Source: an uncultured Nitrososphaerota archaeon | Lineage (GTDB): Archaea > Thermoproteota > Nitrososphaeria > Nitrososphaerales > CADDZS01 | Direction: 5' to 3' | Assembly (NCBI GenBank): GCA_963799845.1 | Contig: CAWCYI010000006.1 | Location: 1,216,001-1,280,000 of the forward strand | Length of the DNA: 64,000 nucleotides | In this document: in pieces, positions 29,735 to 39,152 of the stretch | Numbering within the stretch: position 1 is the stretch's first letter | Layout of the letters: each line of letters starts with the position of its first letter | The notes under the pieces: model-generated | The model's database searches: none | What the model was told of the DNA's origin: nothing | Seen by the model: only the letters and a program-made list of their open reading frames with translations | Translations under genes and position numbers: made by a program

Positions 29735-30523
29735 TTGATAAAACAGGAAAATTCTGCTTCCATTACACTGAGCCAATCTGGTCCGCCTGCGGAGCTGCAG
29801 ATCAACAATGTGGATGCCGGTTATGGTGAATTCATAGCGATTAGAAATGTATCGATCTCAATAAACAAAGCCGAGATTGTCTCGGTTATCGGCCCGAATG
29901 GTGCAGGTAAAACCACATTACTTAAGACGATAATCGGTTTGCTGAAGCCAAAGAAAGGAGACATCTATTTCGAAGGAAAGAAAATCTCCGGCGCTAGTCC
30001 TCGCCAAATAGCTAAATCTGGAATAGGATACGTTCCTCAGGGCCCAACGATCTTTCCACAGATGACTGTTAAGGAGAACATCCGCGCTGGAGCGTACGTG
30101 CTAAAAAATTCGAGTGTAGTTTCCGAACGGTTGGAGAAGGTCTTGAACCTCTTCCCGAGACTCAGGGAAAGAATTGATTACAAAGCGTTCTCGCTCAGCG
30201 GAGGAGAACGTCAAATGCTCCTTCTGGGGAGAGCGCTTATGCTCGACCCAAAACTCATTCTCTTGGACGAACCCTCAACGGGACTCGAACCTAAGTTACA
30301 AGTTGTACTTTATAATACAATTAAGGAACTGAATTCTGCAGGAAAAGCAATTTTTCTTGTGGAGCAGAACGTTCACAAAGCCCTCGATCTGTCAAATCGA
30401 TGCTATGTTCTCGAAGCGGGGAGAGTAGTTGAAACAGGTCTTTCAAAGGAGCTCAAGAGATCTGGCCGCGTTAGAGAGGCCTATTTAGGGCTTCCAGCGG
30501 AAGTAGGAACAGACTCAGTTTGA
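29735..30523 (+). CDS. livF: Liv-type ABC ATP-binding protein
   Basis: GPNGAGKTT, LSGGERQML, LDEPS, VEQN, AYLG. Confidence 0.92.
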   Translation: MIKQENSASITLSQSGPPAELQINNVDAGYGEFIAIRNVSISINKAEIVSVIGPNGAGKTTLLKTIIGLLKPKKGDIYFEGKKISGASPRQIAKSGIGYVPQGPTIFPQMTVKENIRAGAYVLKNSSVVSERLEKVLNLFPRLRERIDYKAFSLSGGERQMLLLGRALMLDPKLILLDEPSTGLEPKLQVVLYNTIKELNSAGKAIFLVEQNVHKALDLSNRCYVLEAGRVVETGLSKELKRSGRVREAYLGLPAEVGTDSV

Positions 30524-31905
30524 TTTCGTCTCTCTTTTTTATCTCCACTAGACTCGCACCTCACGGGTTTGCCTCTGCCAGCTCTTGCATTCACTTCTCC
30601 ATTCACCATTGTCAACTCTCCAGATGAAATTGTCATAACAGGCCATCCTTTGAATGTCCTCCCTTCGAAGAGTGAGTAGTCCGACCCATCGTGCATCATT
30701 GATTGAGTGACTCTCACTTCTTTTGAAGGATCAAAGAGACAAAAATCAGCATCCATTCCAATCTCGATTCGGCCCTTCCTCTCTAGCCCGTGGATTGCGG
30801 CGGTATTCGAAGAGGTTACCTCTGCTATCGTCTCGAGGGGTATTCCTCTTCGATGAAAGCCTTCGTTCAACATCACTGGAAGCATCATTTCTAATCCATG
30901 CAATCCCGGAATTGCAGTCCAGATGTCTCCTCCGCCAAGCCTAGTTTTCTTGTCGCAAGCGATATGATCTGAACCGACGCAGACGATTTGACCGTTTCTA
31001 ATTCCTTCCCAGAGGGCCTCTCTATGTTCCTTTCCCCTAATTGGCGGATTGACCTTGCCAAGGACTCCAAGTTCGTCATCATCCTTTGTGAAATACAAAT
31101 ACGCCGGGTTTGTTTCAAGACGTAGCGAAACTCCTTTGCTCCTTGCGAATTTCATCACCTCTGGGAATGAACTAATGCTGACATGCACCAAGTAGAGAGG
31201 AACTTTTGCAATAGAAGCAAGCAAGACGGCCGTAATCATATGGTCATATTCGCAGTACCACGGTCTGGCCTCTTCCCAAGCACTCAGATCATTCTTTCCC
31301 GAGGATTTCACCTCCTCAATTTTTCTTGCGATAATCTCATAGTTTTCTGCATGGATCATTGCTTGACCACCTAGCTTTGCGATCTTCCTGAAGGACTCAA
31401 GGATTTGTCCCTCATCAGGATAATTCCAACCAAGAAATTTCTCAAATTCAGGCTTACTCATGTAGTGCTTGAAAGAGACGACCCCTAGTCTGTAGCAGGT
31501 TTCAAGCTCGTCGATATGCCGTTGATTCATCACAACACCGATCAAACCGACATCTGTGAACGATCTCTCGGAGACGACTTTTTGCTGTCTTTCAATCTCC
31601 TTAGACAAGCTTTCTTTGATTGTGACGAAGTTCATTATCGTCGTTATTCCCCCTCCTAAGGCACTCCTCGTTTCTGTTTCCATATCAGCTTCTAGACCGT
31701 TGAAAGGACCAAGATGGACATGCGGTTCGATTAGTCCGGACATGAGGTAAAGGCCTTCTCCTTCAACCGTCTTTTCCGCAGAGAATTTGTTTGAAACAGA
31801 GCTGAATGCAGCTATCTTTCCATTCGAGCAATAGACGTTTGTGGGAGGAAGGATTCCTTCGGGCTTGACTATTCGGGCATTGTTTATCGCAATGTCGTAG
31901 TTCAA
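30481..31905 (-). CDS. Cyclic amidohydrolase (hydantoinase/allantoinase/dihydroorotase-like)
   Basis: PHVH, GGITT, SFK (carbamylated Lys site), HAEN, VHVS, KVNPPIR, GSDH, GMDADF. Confidence 0.9.
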   Translation of the reverse strand: MNYDIAINNARIVKPEGILPPTNVYCSNGKIAAFSSVSNKFSAEKTVEGEGLYLMSGLIEPHVHLGPFNGLEADMETETRSALGGGITTIMNFVTIKESLSKEIERQQKVVSERSFTDVGLIGVVMNQRHIDELETCYRLGVVSFKHYMSKPEFEKFLGWNYPDEGQILESFRKIAKLGGQAMIHAENYEIIARKIEEVKSSGKNDLSAWEEARPWYCEYDHMITAVLLASIAKVPLYLVHVSISSFPEVMKFARSKGVSLRLETNPAYLYFTKDDDELGVLGKVNPPIRGKEHREALWEGIRNGQIVCVGSDHIACDKKTRLGGGDIWTAIPGLHGLEMMLPVMLNEGFHRRGIPLETIAEVTSSNTAAIHGLERKGRIEIGMDADFCLFDPSKEVRVTQSMMHDGSDYSLFEGRTFKGWPVMTISSGELTMVNGEVNARAGRGKPVRCESSGDKKERRNQTESVPTSAGSPK

Positions 31906-31969
31906 ATTGAAAAAGGCACGTTAGGTAATGTATTTACATTTCACTCTTTTCAAATAAAGTTGTAAAGAA

Positions 31970-32641
31970 TTGGACTACAGCACTGTCATCCCTGAAAGTG
32001 ACCTTGAAGCTTACCGGAAAGGTGGCTTCGGGAAGCGCATGGGCTTTGGAAGAAAACCATGCGTTTTAGTTATCGATATGACTTACGGATTCGTTGATCC
32101 AAAGAATCCTTTAGCTCATGGGAGCATGGGGTTTGAAGCTGTAAAGAACTTGAAACCACTTCTCGAGAGAGCTAGAGCGTACGACATTCCGATCATCTAT
32201 ACAACCGGGCTAAACAGCATCTCAAACGGACAGCCTGTTGGGATTAGCAGAAAAGTCATCGTCAATCCGGAGCGTTGGGAGAATGAGATAGTCGAGATAA
32301 TCAAACCCGAGTCTCGCGATATTGTAATTCCAAAGGGAAAGGCTAGCGTTTTCTTTGGTACAACTATCTTGACGTTTTTGACTCATAATAATATTGACAC
32401 TTTGATCGTGACTGGAGCGACTACAAGCGGATGTGTCAGGGCTACAGTTGTAGAGGCTGCATCCTATGATTACTATGTTGTAATCCCGGAAGAATGCGTT
32501 GCCGATAGAGCGGAAGTACCGCATAAAGTAAATCTCTTTGACATGGAAATGAAATATGCGGACGTGATTCCTACAAAGGAAGTCATGGATTATTTTGATA
32601 CATTGAGCAAGAGTGAAACTTCACTCGTCAAGGGCTCTTAG
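31970..32641 (+). CDS. Isochorismatase family cysteine hydrolase (maleamate amidohydrolase / N-carbamoylsarcosine amidase-like)
   Basis: YRKGGFGKRMGFGRKP, VIDM, KASVFFGT, GATTSGCVRATVV, HKVNLFDMEMKYADV. Confidence 0.9.
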   Translation: MDYSTVIPESDLEAYRKGGFGKRMGFGRKPCVLVIDMTYGFVDPKNPLAHGSMGFEAVKNLKPLLERARAYDIPIIYTTGLNSISNGQPVGISRKVIVNPERWENEIVEIIKPESRDIVIPKGKASVFFGTTILTFLTHNNIDTLIVTGATTSGCVRATVVEAASYDYYVVIPEECVADRAEVPHKVNLFDMEMKYADVIPTKEVMDYFDTLSKSETSLVKGS

Positions 32642-32692
32642 ACTCGCTTCAACACTTTGTCGCATCGAGGTCACAAATCTTTCTATAGACGG

Positions 32693-32719
32693 TCATACAC
32701 TCCGAATCGGAGTGTATGA
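32693..32719. promoter_or_regulatory. Perfect 13-bp inverted repeat covering the GGAG and ATG of the FAD oxidoreductase gene
   Basis: TCATACACTCCGA-A-TCGGAGTGTATGA. Confidence 0.6.
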
Positions 32720-34176
32720 TCCGAAACAGCTTATTTGATCGACTTTGCTCTATCGCCGGTGAGGATAACGTGAGCATTGATCCTCGAAACTTGCAGGCAC
32801 ATTCCCGCGACCCAAGCCCATTTCCACCAATAACACCTGGAATTATTGTGACCCCGACCAGGACTGAGATCGTTTCTCAGATAATCGAAATGTGCAATGA
32901 GACAAAGTCGCCAATCCTACCCTTCGGAGCGGGTTACTCATTCACTGGCTTGTCGAATAGAAGAGGTAGCTCCACGATAGTCATGGACATGAAGAAGATG
33001 AATAGGATAATCAGGATCGACGAGTCTAATCAAACCGTTAGAGCGGAAAGTGGAGTCATAGTGGGAAATCTTTCAGATCAGGTCAAGCAAAGAGGGTATT
33101 ATCTGAATACTGTTGCTGTTCCATACTACAAAGACACTCTTGGAGGGATGATTAGCGGCGTAGTAGCAGGAGGTCATCCCCTTTACTCTTCTTCTGCTGG
33201 TCTAAATAACATGGACATAATTGGCCTAAAAGTTGTGCTCCCAAAAGGGGCGATTATCGAAACGAACGGGTTTGGAATCAGTGCTTTAGCAGGTACACAG
33301 AATCAGTTTATGAGGGGAACAAATTCGCCAGACATGACTGGGATGTTTGTGGGAGATGGAGGGATTTTTGGGATAAAGACAGAAGCGATGATGGCCATGC
33401 ATCCGATGCCACCTTTTTGGAAATCTGGTGCTAACCTCTTTGCAAAATTCGATGACGCGTACACCGCGATCTGCGAAGCTTCCTATTTCTCAAAGGGGCT
33501 TTTGTGCGATTATCTTACAATTCTGAGTCCTGAAATCACAGAGATATACACTCCGAATATTAGTGGTCATGCGAATAATTGGGCGCTGATCTACTACGTA
33601 CATGGGTTCACCGAAAATGACATAGATGTTAGAATTCGAAATGTTGAATCAATCTTCCAAAGGCAAGGAGGAAAAGAGGGAACAGATGCCTTGCAGGAGT
33701 TCTCAGAGGGAATAAGAACGGGTGAAGTTTACTGGAAGACAAATGAGTACACCGAGACCATGATAAGACGCGCATCTTGCGCGTTTTTCTCGAGTAGTAG
33801 CTCATTCAAAAACATATTCTTGAGGCTTTATTCTAATTTGCAGAATAGGCTTCAAAGCTCGAAGTCAACCAAAGAACTAGGATTGACAACTGCTTATGTG
33901 ATACATTCGGTTCTCCAAAATTGCTTGTGGGCAAATATCATACTGAATTATGATTCACTGGAAGCGGAGCCGATCGCTTATGAGATAATTCGAGATTTGC
34001 ATAAATTAGCCGCACAACTAGGGGCGACTTTCGAAACCCATGGGGGTTATGCGGCCGACTTAATGGGAGCTGCTTGGTCGAAGGAGTTTCGGGAAATGAT
34101 GATAACCCTCAAAAAGACGTTAGACCCAAACGGGGTGCTGAATCCGGGATTGTGGTTCACAGAGTTTGATTCTTAG
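32716..34176 (+). CDS. FAD-binding oxidoreductase (GlcD/VAO family)
   Basis: PFGAGYS, MDMKKMNRI, TLGG, GLKVVLPKG, GDGGIFGI, LKKTLDPNGVLNPG. Confidence 0.88.
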   Translation: MIRNSLFDRLCSIAGEDNVSIDPRNLQAHSRDPSPFPPITPGIIVTPTRTEIVSQIIEMCNETKSPILPFGAGYSFTGLSNRRGSSTIVMDMKKMNRIIRIDESNQTVRAESGVIVGNLSDQVKQRGYYLNTVAVPYYKDTLGGMISGVVAGGHPLYSSSAGLNNMDIIGLKVVLPKGAIIETNGFGISALAGTQNQFMRGTNSPDMTGMFVGDGGIFGIKTEAMMAMHPMPPFWKSGANLFAKFDDAYTAICEASYFSKGLLCDYLTILSPEITEIYTPNISGHANNWALIYYVHGFTENDIDVRIRNVESIFQRQGGKEGTDALQEFSEGIRTGEVYWKTNEYTETMIRRASCAFFSSSSSFKNIFLRLYSNLQNRLQSSKSTKELGLTTAYVIHSVLQNCLWANIILNYDSLEAEPIAYEIIRDLHKLAAQLGATFETHGGYAADLMGAAWSKEFREMMITLKKTLDPNGVLNPGLWFTEFDS

Positions 34177-34249
34177 AGGGACAATTCAAATTCCGCGATT
34201 GTCCAACCATTATTTTAGTAAAACCAGACATTGACACCTTCCAGATCGA

Positions 34250-34600
34250 ATTCTTGATCAGATTTCGACCGAAGGACTATTATCCAAATACGATCTTAGG
34301 GTTCCGAAGCAACGGATCTCAAGTTCCGAAGATGCTACAGAGGGTATCGCCGTAGATATCGGTAGTCCGGCAGTTCTGAAAAAAGTGGTGACGGTGTTGC
34401 TCAACAAAGTAGAACTTCGAGGAGTGAAACTCAGTCTTACAACTTATTTCGACCTTCGCAAATCATTCCACGAACTTGCCGGGAATTTTCCTTGTCTAAA
34501 GCTATTGGTAATAGATAGGGGGAACAATTAGTTCAGGAGATGGTCCAAGGTTCTCCCCAGTCGAGATCACCTTAGGCACTGAGAAAGAGACTTTGCTGGC
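34250..34600 (+). pseudogene. Remnant of ATP-grasp N-terminus of an acyl-CoA synthetase (paralog of 23066..25183)
   Basis: ILDQISTEGLLSKYDLRVPKQ...IGSPAVLK...GVKLSL...FHELAGNF and frameshifted LVQEMVQGSP vs LLDQISAERLLSKYELKMPRQ...LVQEMLHGDPP. Confidence 0.75.
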
Positions 34601-34654
34601 AAAAAGTCATTAACTTTGAAGAAGTGAGAGACGAATGGGGGACGGACTAGTGTT

Positions 34655-36232
34655 TTGGTAAAAGACATGAGAGATTGGATAGCCACTCTTGAAGCAAAAG
34701 GTCTGCTGAATAGACATCGAGAATCCATTGATGTTCGCAATTGTTCAGAGATAATTTCCCGAAATTACAAGAACGCAACATTTTTTGAACATGTCGAAGA
34801 TTATGAAAATCCCGTTCTCGCGAATTCAATCTCCTCTAGACGAATGATGGCTTTAGCGCTTGAAACAAGTGAGTACGAAATTCTCTCTGAATATCTTCTT
34901 CGAATTTCACATCCAATTTCGCCGTTGTTTGTCAACTCGGGATCTGCAAGGTGCCAAGAAAAAGTATGTTCCAAAGAATCTGAAGTGGACCTGACATCCT
35001 TACCGATCCTGCTTCAACATGAATATGATGGTGCGCCGTACATTACCGCAGGTGTCATAGTAGCAAAAGATCCGGAAACTTCTGCGTATAATATCGGAAT
35101 CTATCGGTTAATGTTTAGGACCAGAAATGAGCTTGGTATTAACATCACTGCGCCGCACAAACTTCGATGGTTTTACCAGAAGGCATTCGAAAGAAAAGAG
35201 CCTCTCAACGTTGCAGTGTGTCTTGGACTTCATTCGCTTGATCTTTTAGCAGCTGTCACATCCTCACCAGAAGGCGTAGACGAGCTGGCTCTTTGGGGTG
35301 GCTTGCAAAGAGATGCAATTAGATTGGTGAAGTGTAAGACTAGTGACTTGTTTGTACCAGAACATACGGAAATTGTGCTAGAAGCAACAATGGATCCAAC
35401 TGGTTGGGTGGAACCTGAAGGAATGTACGGTGAATTCCCTGGAACTTATAGCGGAATGAGAAAGAACCCGTTTCTTAAGATTCAGGCGATTACCTCGCGG
35501 AAAAATCCCATCTATCAAAGTGCGACGCATGGGGGAAAACATCTAGCTTATACTGACTTTTTCGTGATCATTCCACAAATCGAACTGAGTATCCTACAGG
35601 CACTCAAGAGTGCTGGCGTTAATGCGAGGCAGGTCAGAATAGTTGAAGAAAGTGCAGGCATGATTTGTTATGTATCGATTCAAGCTAGAGCAGTTGGAGA
35701 TTCTATGAATGCCCTCAACATAGCACTCACGGGTTCAAGACAAAACTTTCCAAAATACTGCGTTGTGGTGGATTCAGACATTGACGTGTTTGATAATGAA
35801 GCGTTAACGTGGGCTATTGCGACGCGCTCTCAGCCTAAAGAAGACTCAATAATACTGGATGGGTTGCGCATACCTTCGTCATCTGATCCGTCGCTCAGGA
35901 CCGGAGTGCGTACGATGTCAAAACTGGGAATTGATGCTACTGTGCCGTTTGAAGCGGAGCGAGCAAGATTTGTTCATTCAAAGCCGCCACTTCTGAAAGA
36001 GTATTCAGTGGATAATAAGGGAAACGAGGCTGAGAATGCTGAGCAGAGGATAATAGATTTCTTAAGTGAAATGGGTCCTTCTTTTTTCTACGAAATATCG
36101 TCTAATCTTCAAGAGTTTAGCTTTCGAACGATTTTGATTTCGTGGGGAAAACTAAGAGGAAAAAAAGAGATAGAGCAAGGTATGGATGGGAAATATGCGA
36201 TTGGAATTCGAGAACATTCTGTGTCGAAATAG
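34655..36232 (+). CDS. UbiD-family (prFMN) decarboxylase with C-terminal extension
   Basis: DGAPYITAG, NIGIYRL, EIVLE, EGMYGEFPG, VVVDSDID, WAIATR, KLGIDAT. Confidence 0.92.
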   Translation: MVKDMRDWIATLEAKGLLNRHRESIDVRNCSEIISRNYKNATFFEHVEDYENPVLANSISSRRMMALALETSEYEILSEYLLRISHPISPLFVNSGSARCQEKVCSKESEVDLTSLPILLQHEYDGAPYITAGVIVAKDPETSAYNIGIYRLMFRTRNELGINITAPHKLRWFYQKAFERKEPLNVAVCLGLHSLDLLAAVTSSPEGVDELALWGGLQRDAIRLVKCKTSDLFVPEHTEIVLEATMDPTGWVEPEGMYGEFPGTYSGMRKNPFLKIQAITSRKNPIYQSATHGGKHLAYTDFFVIIPQIELSILQALKSAGVNARQVRIVEESAGMICYVSIQARAVGDSMNALNIALTGSRQNFPKYCVVVDSDIDVFDNEALTWAIATRSQPKEDSIILDGLRIPSSSDPSLRTGVRTMSKLGIDATVPFEAERARFVHSKPPLLKEYSVDNKGNEAENAEQRIIDFLSEMGPSFFYEISSNLQEFSFRTILISWGKLRGKKEIEQGMDGKYAIGIREHSVSK

Positions 36233-36247
36233 GCGAAGAAATAGGGC

Positions 36248-37835
36248 ATGTCAAAACCAAGGGTAGCTGATTTTTTCCGGGCCAAATGCTACGGTTGCTA
36301 ACTCTCCACCCCTCGTAACAAGTAACAAAGCTAGACTTCCTGGAGAGAGATTAATTCCTGGTCGTTTCGATCATCTTGTTCCTCAGATACTTTATGAAAA
36401 AGTTAAGGTAAAAATTAAGAAATTTAGCGCGCATCCACTTGAGCAGGACGCGGCATCTGTTTATGCCGATGATAGAAAGGACTACTACGAGGTCGAACTC
36501 TCTCCCGACGATGGTCCCTACCTCCTTCCGTATATGGCAAGAAGATCGGATGGTACGAAGAACGGTACTCCCTTTGAGGCTGTCGACATGTGGAATCCAT
36601 TATTGGGGTTTGGCGGAAGGCAATTCTTCTATCCCGACGCTTCGCGAATTTTTGACGATATCAATAGGACGATTTCTGGAAGGGACGCAAATGGGGAGGC
36701 TAATGTTCTAGACCGACTGGCCGATTACGAATTCATCAGAGTTCTTCCTCCAGGTGGATTCACTGCCCGAGGTGAGATCTCGGGAGTACACTATTTCCCG
36801 TACAGACCAGAACCTATCGCAAAAATAATTAGAGCGGGAGACTTGGCGACCGCTGCAAATATAGTTCAAAGATCGATCTCGACCAAAGAATTCGAGGGCG
36901 GAATCTGGCTAGATGGAAGCCCGCAACTTGAGGAATCTCTCTACTGGCTATCGCTAATGATAGACACCGAGCTTCCTTTGGTAGGCGTTGCTGCCCAAAG
37001 GCCCCACGGCGAGCTAGCAAACGATGGCGATCGAAACATTGTCGATGCGGTAGAATACGTCGTGTCTGGCAAGGGAAAAGGCCTTGGAGGAGTTGGCGTC
37101 CAAGATCAAGTAATTTACGCAGCTCGGGAATTCAAAAAGGCAGATGCGCGGCCGGGAAATTACAAGGCAACTGGCGGCCACGGTGGAATACTGGGGTCGG
37201 TGAAGGCAGGGATAACAATCTGGTATCGCCCTAACTATAAACACACTTCAACGTCCGAGGTGAATTTGACGAGACTGCCAGACAAAGTGGTTTTTCAAGA
37301 TAAATTTGAAAGTTCTGACATGGTTTCGATTCAGATAAAAGACTCAGAAGGGTACCTTTTGAATTCAACTATTCCACGCGTCAGTATAATCAAGTATGCC
37401 AGCTATTCCCAAGATGATGAAAAGGGAGACCCGGATCAGGAGATAGAAATCATGGCGAGAATCTCGAAGATCGAGTCTGATAGATCAAATCCTCAGGCAT
37501 CGAAACTTCACGGCATTGTCTACGAAGGTCTATCTCCCTATGCGGTTGGTTCTGTCTCACAATTAAGAGCGCTGTGGATCGCCGCGTTCTCCGGGATCCC
37601 TGTAGTCAGAGTAGGCAGAAGTGATCCAGGAGGCCGAGTAATCACGGATCCTAATGATCCAACAATCGAAGGAAGTAACCTAGACTCGAACAAGGCACGA
37701 TTGCTCTTGATATCTTCCATGCTTAAGCTCGGCCGACTGCCGAGAGCAAGAGATCCGAGGAATCCTACAAATGAAGAGAGGAGAGCTGTGTCTGAGAAAG
37801 TCGCTGAATTCCAAGAAATATTTGAAACGCATTGA
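36248..37835 (+). pseudogene. Asparaginase-fold protein with +1 frameshift near the start (main ORF 36534..37835)
   Basis: MSKPRVA/xFSGPNATVANSPPLVTSNKAR continues in frame to 37835 after removing one base at about 36270; LEESLYWLSL, AQRPHG, DGDRNI, SNLDSNKARLLL, FQEIF. Confidence 0.75.
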
Positions 37836-37927
37836 CTAGATGCAAGACTTATTTCCAAAAAAGCTCTGGCCCTCATTTGCTCCTCTTTTGTTAGGGCATT
37901 ATTGTCGAAAAAATTTTCCCAAATTGA

Positions 37928-39016
37928 TAGGAGTTACGCGGTTGACCCAAGAAGATAGATTGGGTGTGCAATGTAACTCCTTATCGCATCTCTGACGATT
38001 CTCGCCTTCGCTTCGTACCAGCTTATCCCGGTCATCAATCTGCACAATTCTAGACGTATGAACGCCCTTATTGACATGTGGATGTGATTCAGAATGGATG
38101 TCGCCTTCCTGACCTGAGCCCTCTCAATGCCACAACACTGCTTGACTCCTCTGTGGTACTCCTCGATTCCCCATCCTTGGTCAGAGAGTTCATCTCTCTT
38201 TTCCTCATTCATCCCAACGTCATCGGTAGCCCAGTGTTCAATGTCTCCTTTCTTGGAGGCTGTCCTGAACACCCTGACCATTCCGAATCCCATGAGATGA
38301 ACCGTGGTTCCCTCAGGCGGGATCTCCACGTCCTTGATTGGTTTGTTTCCTTTTTTTCTGCCCGTTGGATTGACGAGCCTGTTCTCCTTGAGGCGGCAGA
38401 AGAAATGCCACCCGAGCTCCCTTGCGATGAGCTTCAGATTTTCCATGCTCGAGTACCAGCTGTCAAAGAGGACGTATTTTGGTTCCATCCCTCTCTGCTT
38501 TGCAACCAACAACATGTCCTGGAAGTGATCGTTCTTGGTGAGACCGTCTTTTGACGCATTGTAGAGTCTAAAGTCACATGGAATGAGGGCGTTACCATCG
38601 CTCCATAGTGTTGTGATGAGATTTATCCCCTTCACCACACTGTGGTGTTTTCCGCTCCAGTGGTACGTGACGTAATCCATCTTCTCCGCGTACGGTTTGT
38701 CCAGAGTTGAATCATCGACTATCGGTACTCCTCCCGCAGTAACGGCGATGATCCTCTTCGCCTCATCCCAGAGCGCTTCTGTATCCGCAGGCAGTCTCTC
38801 CAGAAGGCGGGTGAAGCTATCGTGTGCTGGCGGCGTGACTCCTGCATCATCATCAGGCTGACATCTAGCAGCTTCGGTGCAAGCGAATGATTTCTGGGAT
38901 GCTATCAGGAAGTCTATGTAGTCATTGTCATCGCATTTTGGAGGGTTCATGCAGCGTCTGATGAACCAGAGAAACAATCCTGGCCAAATTCTTTTCGGCC
39001 AAATGCGTAACTCCTA
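37928..39016 (-). mobile_element. IS701-family insertion sequence
   Basis: TIRs TAGGAGTTACGC (37928) / GCGTAACTCCTA (ends 39016), flanking direct repeat ATTGA (or AATTGAT with 1-nt shorter ends), single transposase. Confidence 0.9.
37934..38950 (-). CDS. IS701-family DDE transposase
   Basis: MNPPKC..DYIDFLIAS, HDSFTRLL, VDDSTLDKPY, FDSWYSS, WGIEEYHRGVKQCCG; stop lies inside the TIR. Confidence 0.92.
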   Translation of the reverse strand: MNPPKCDDNDYIDFLIASQKSFACTEAARCQPDDDAGVTPPAHDSFTRLLERLPADTEALWDEAKRIIAVTAGGVPIVDDSTLDKPYAEKMDYVTYHWSGKHHSVVKGINLITTLWSDGNALIPCDFRLYNASKDGLTKNDHFQDMLLVAKQRGMEPKYVLFDSWYSSMENLKLIARELGWHFFCRLKENRLVNPTGRKKGNKPIKDVEIPPEGTTVHLMGFGMVRVFRTASKKGDIEHWATDDVGMNEEKRDELSDQGWGIEEYHRGVKQCCGIERAQVRKATSILNHIHMSIRAFIRLELCRLMTGISWYEAKARIVRDAIRSYIAHPIYLLGSTA

Positions 39017-39152
39017 ATTGATTTAGATTTCTAAATATCAAGAAATGCGTTCTGTCAACTCGCACAGAGGACGATGATTCGATTGGCTCTGTCCACGAAC
39101 CGAGTATACTCTTATATCGATGGTACTGGCTGGTTCTCAGCGAATTTTGAAT

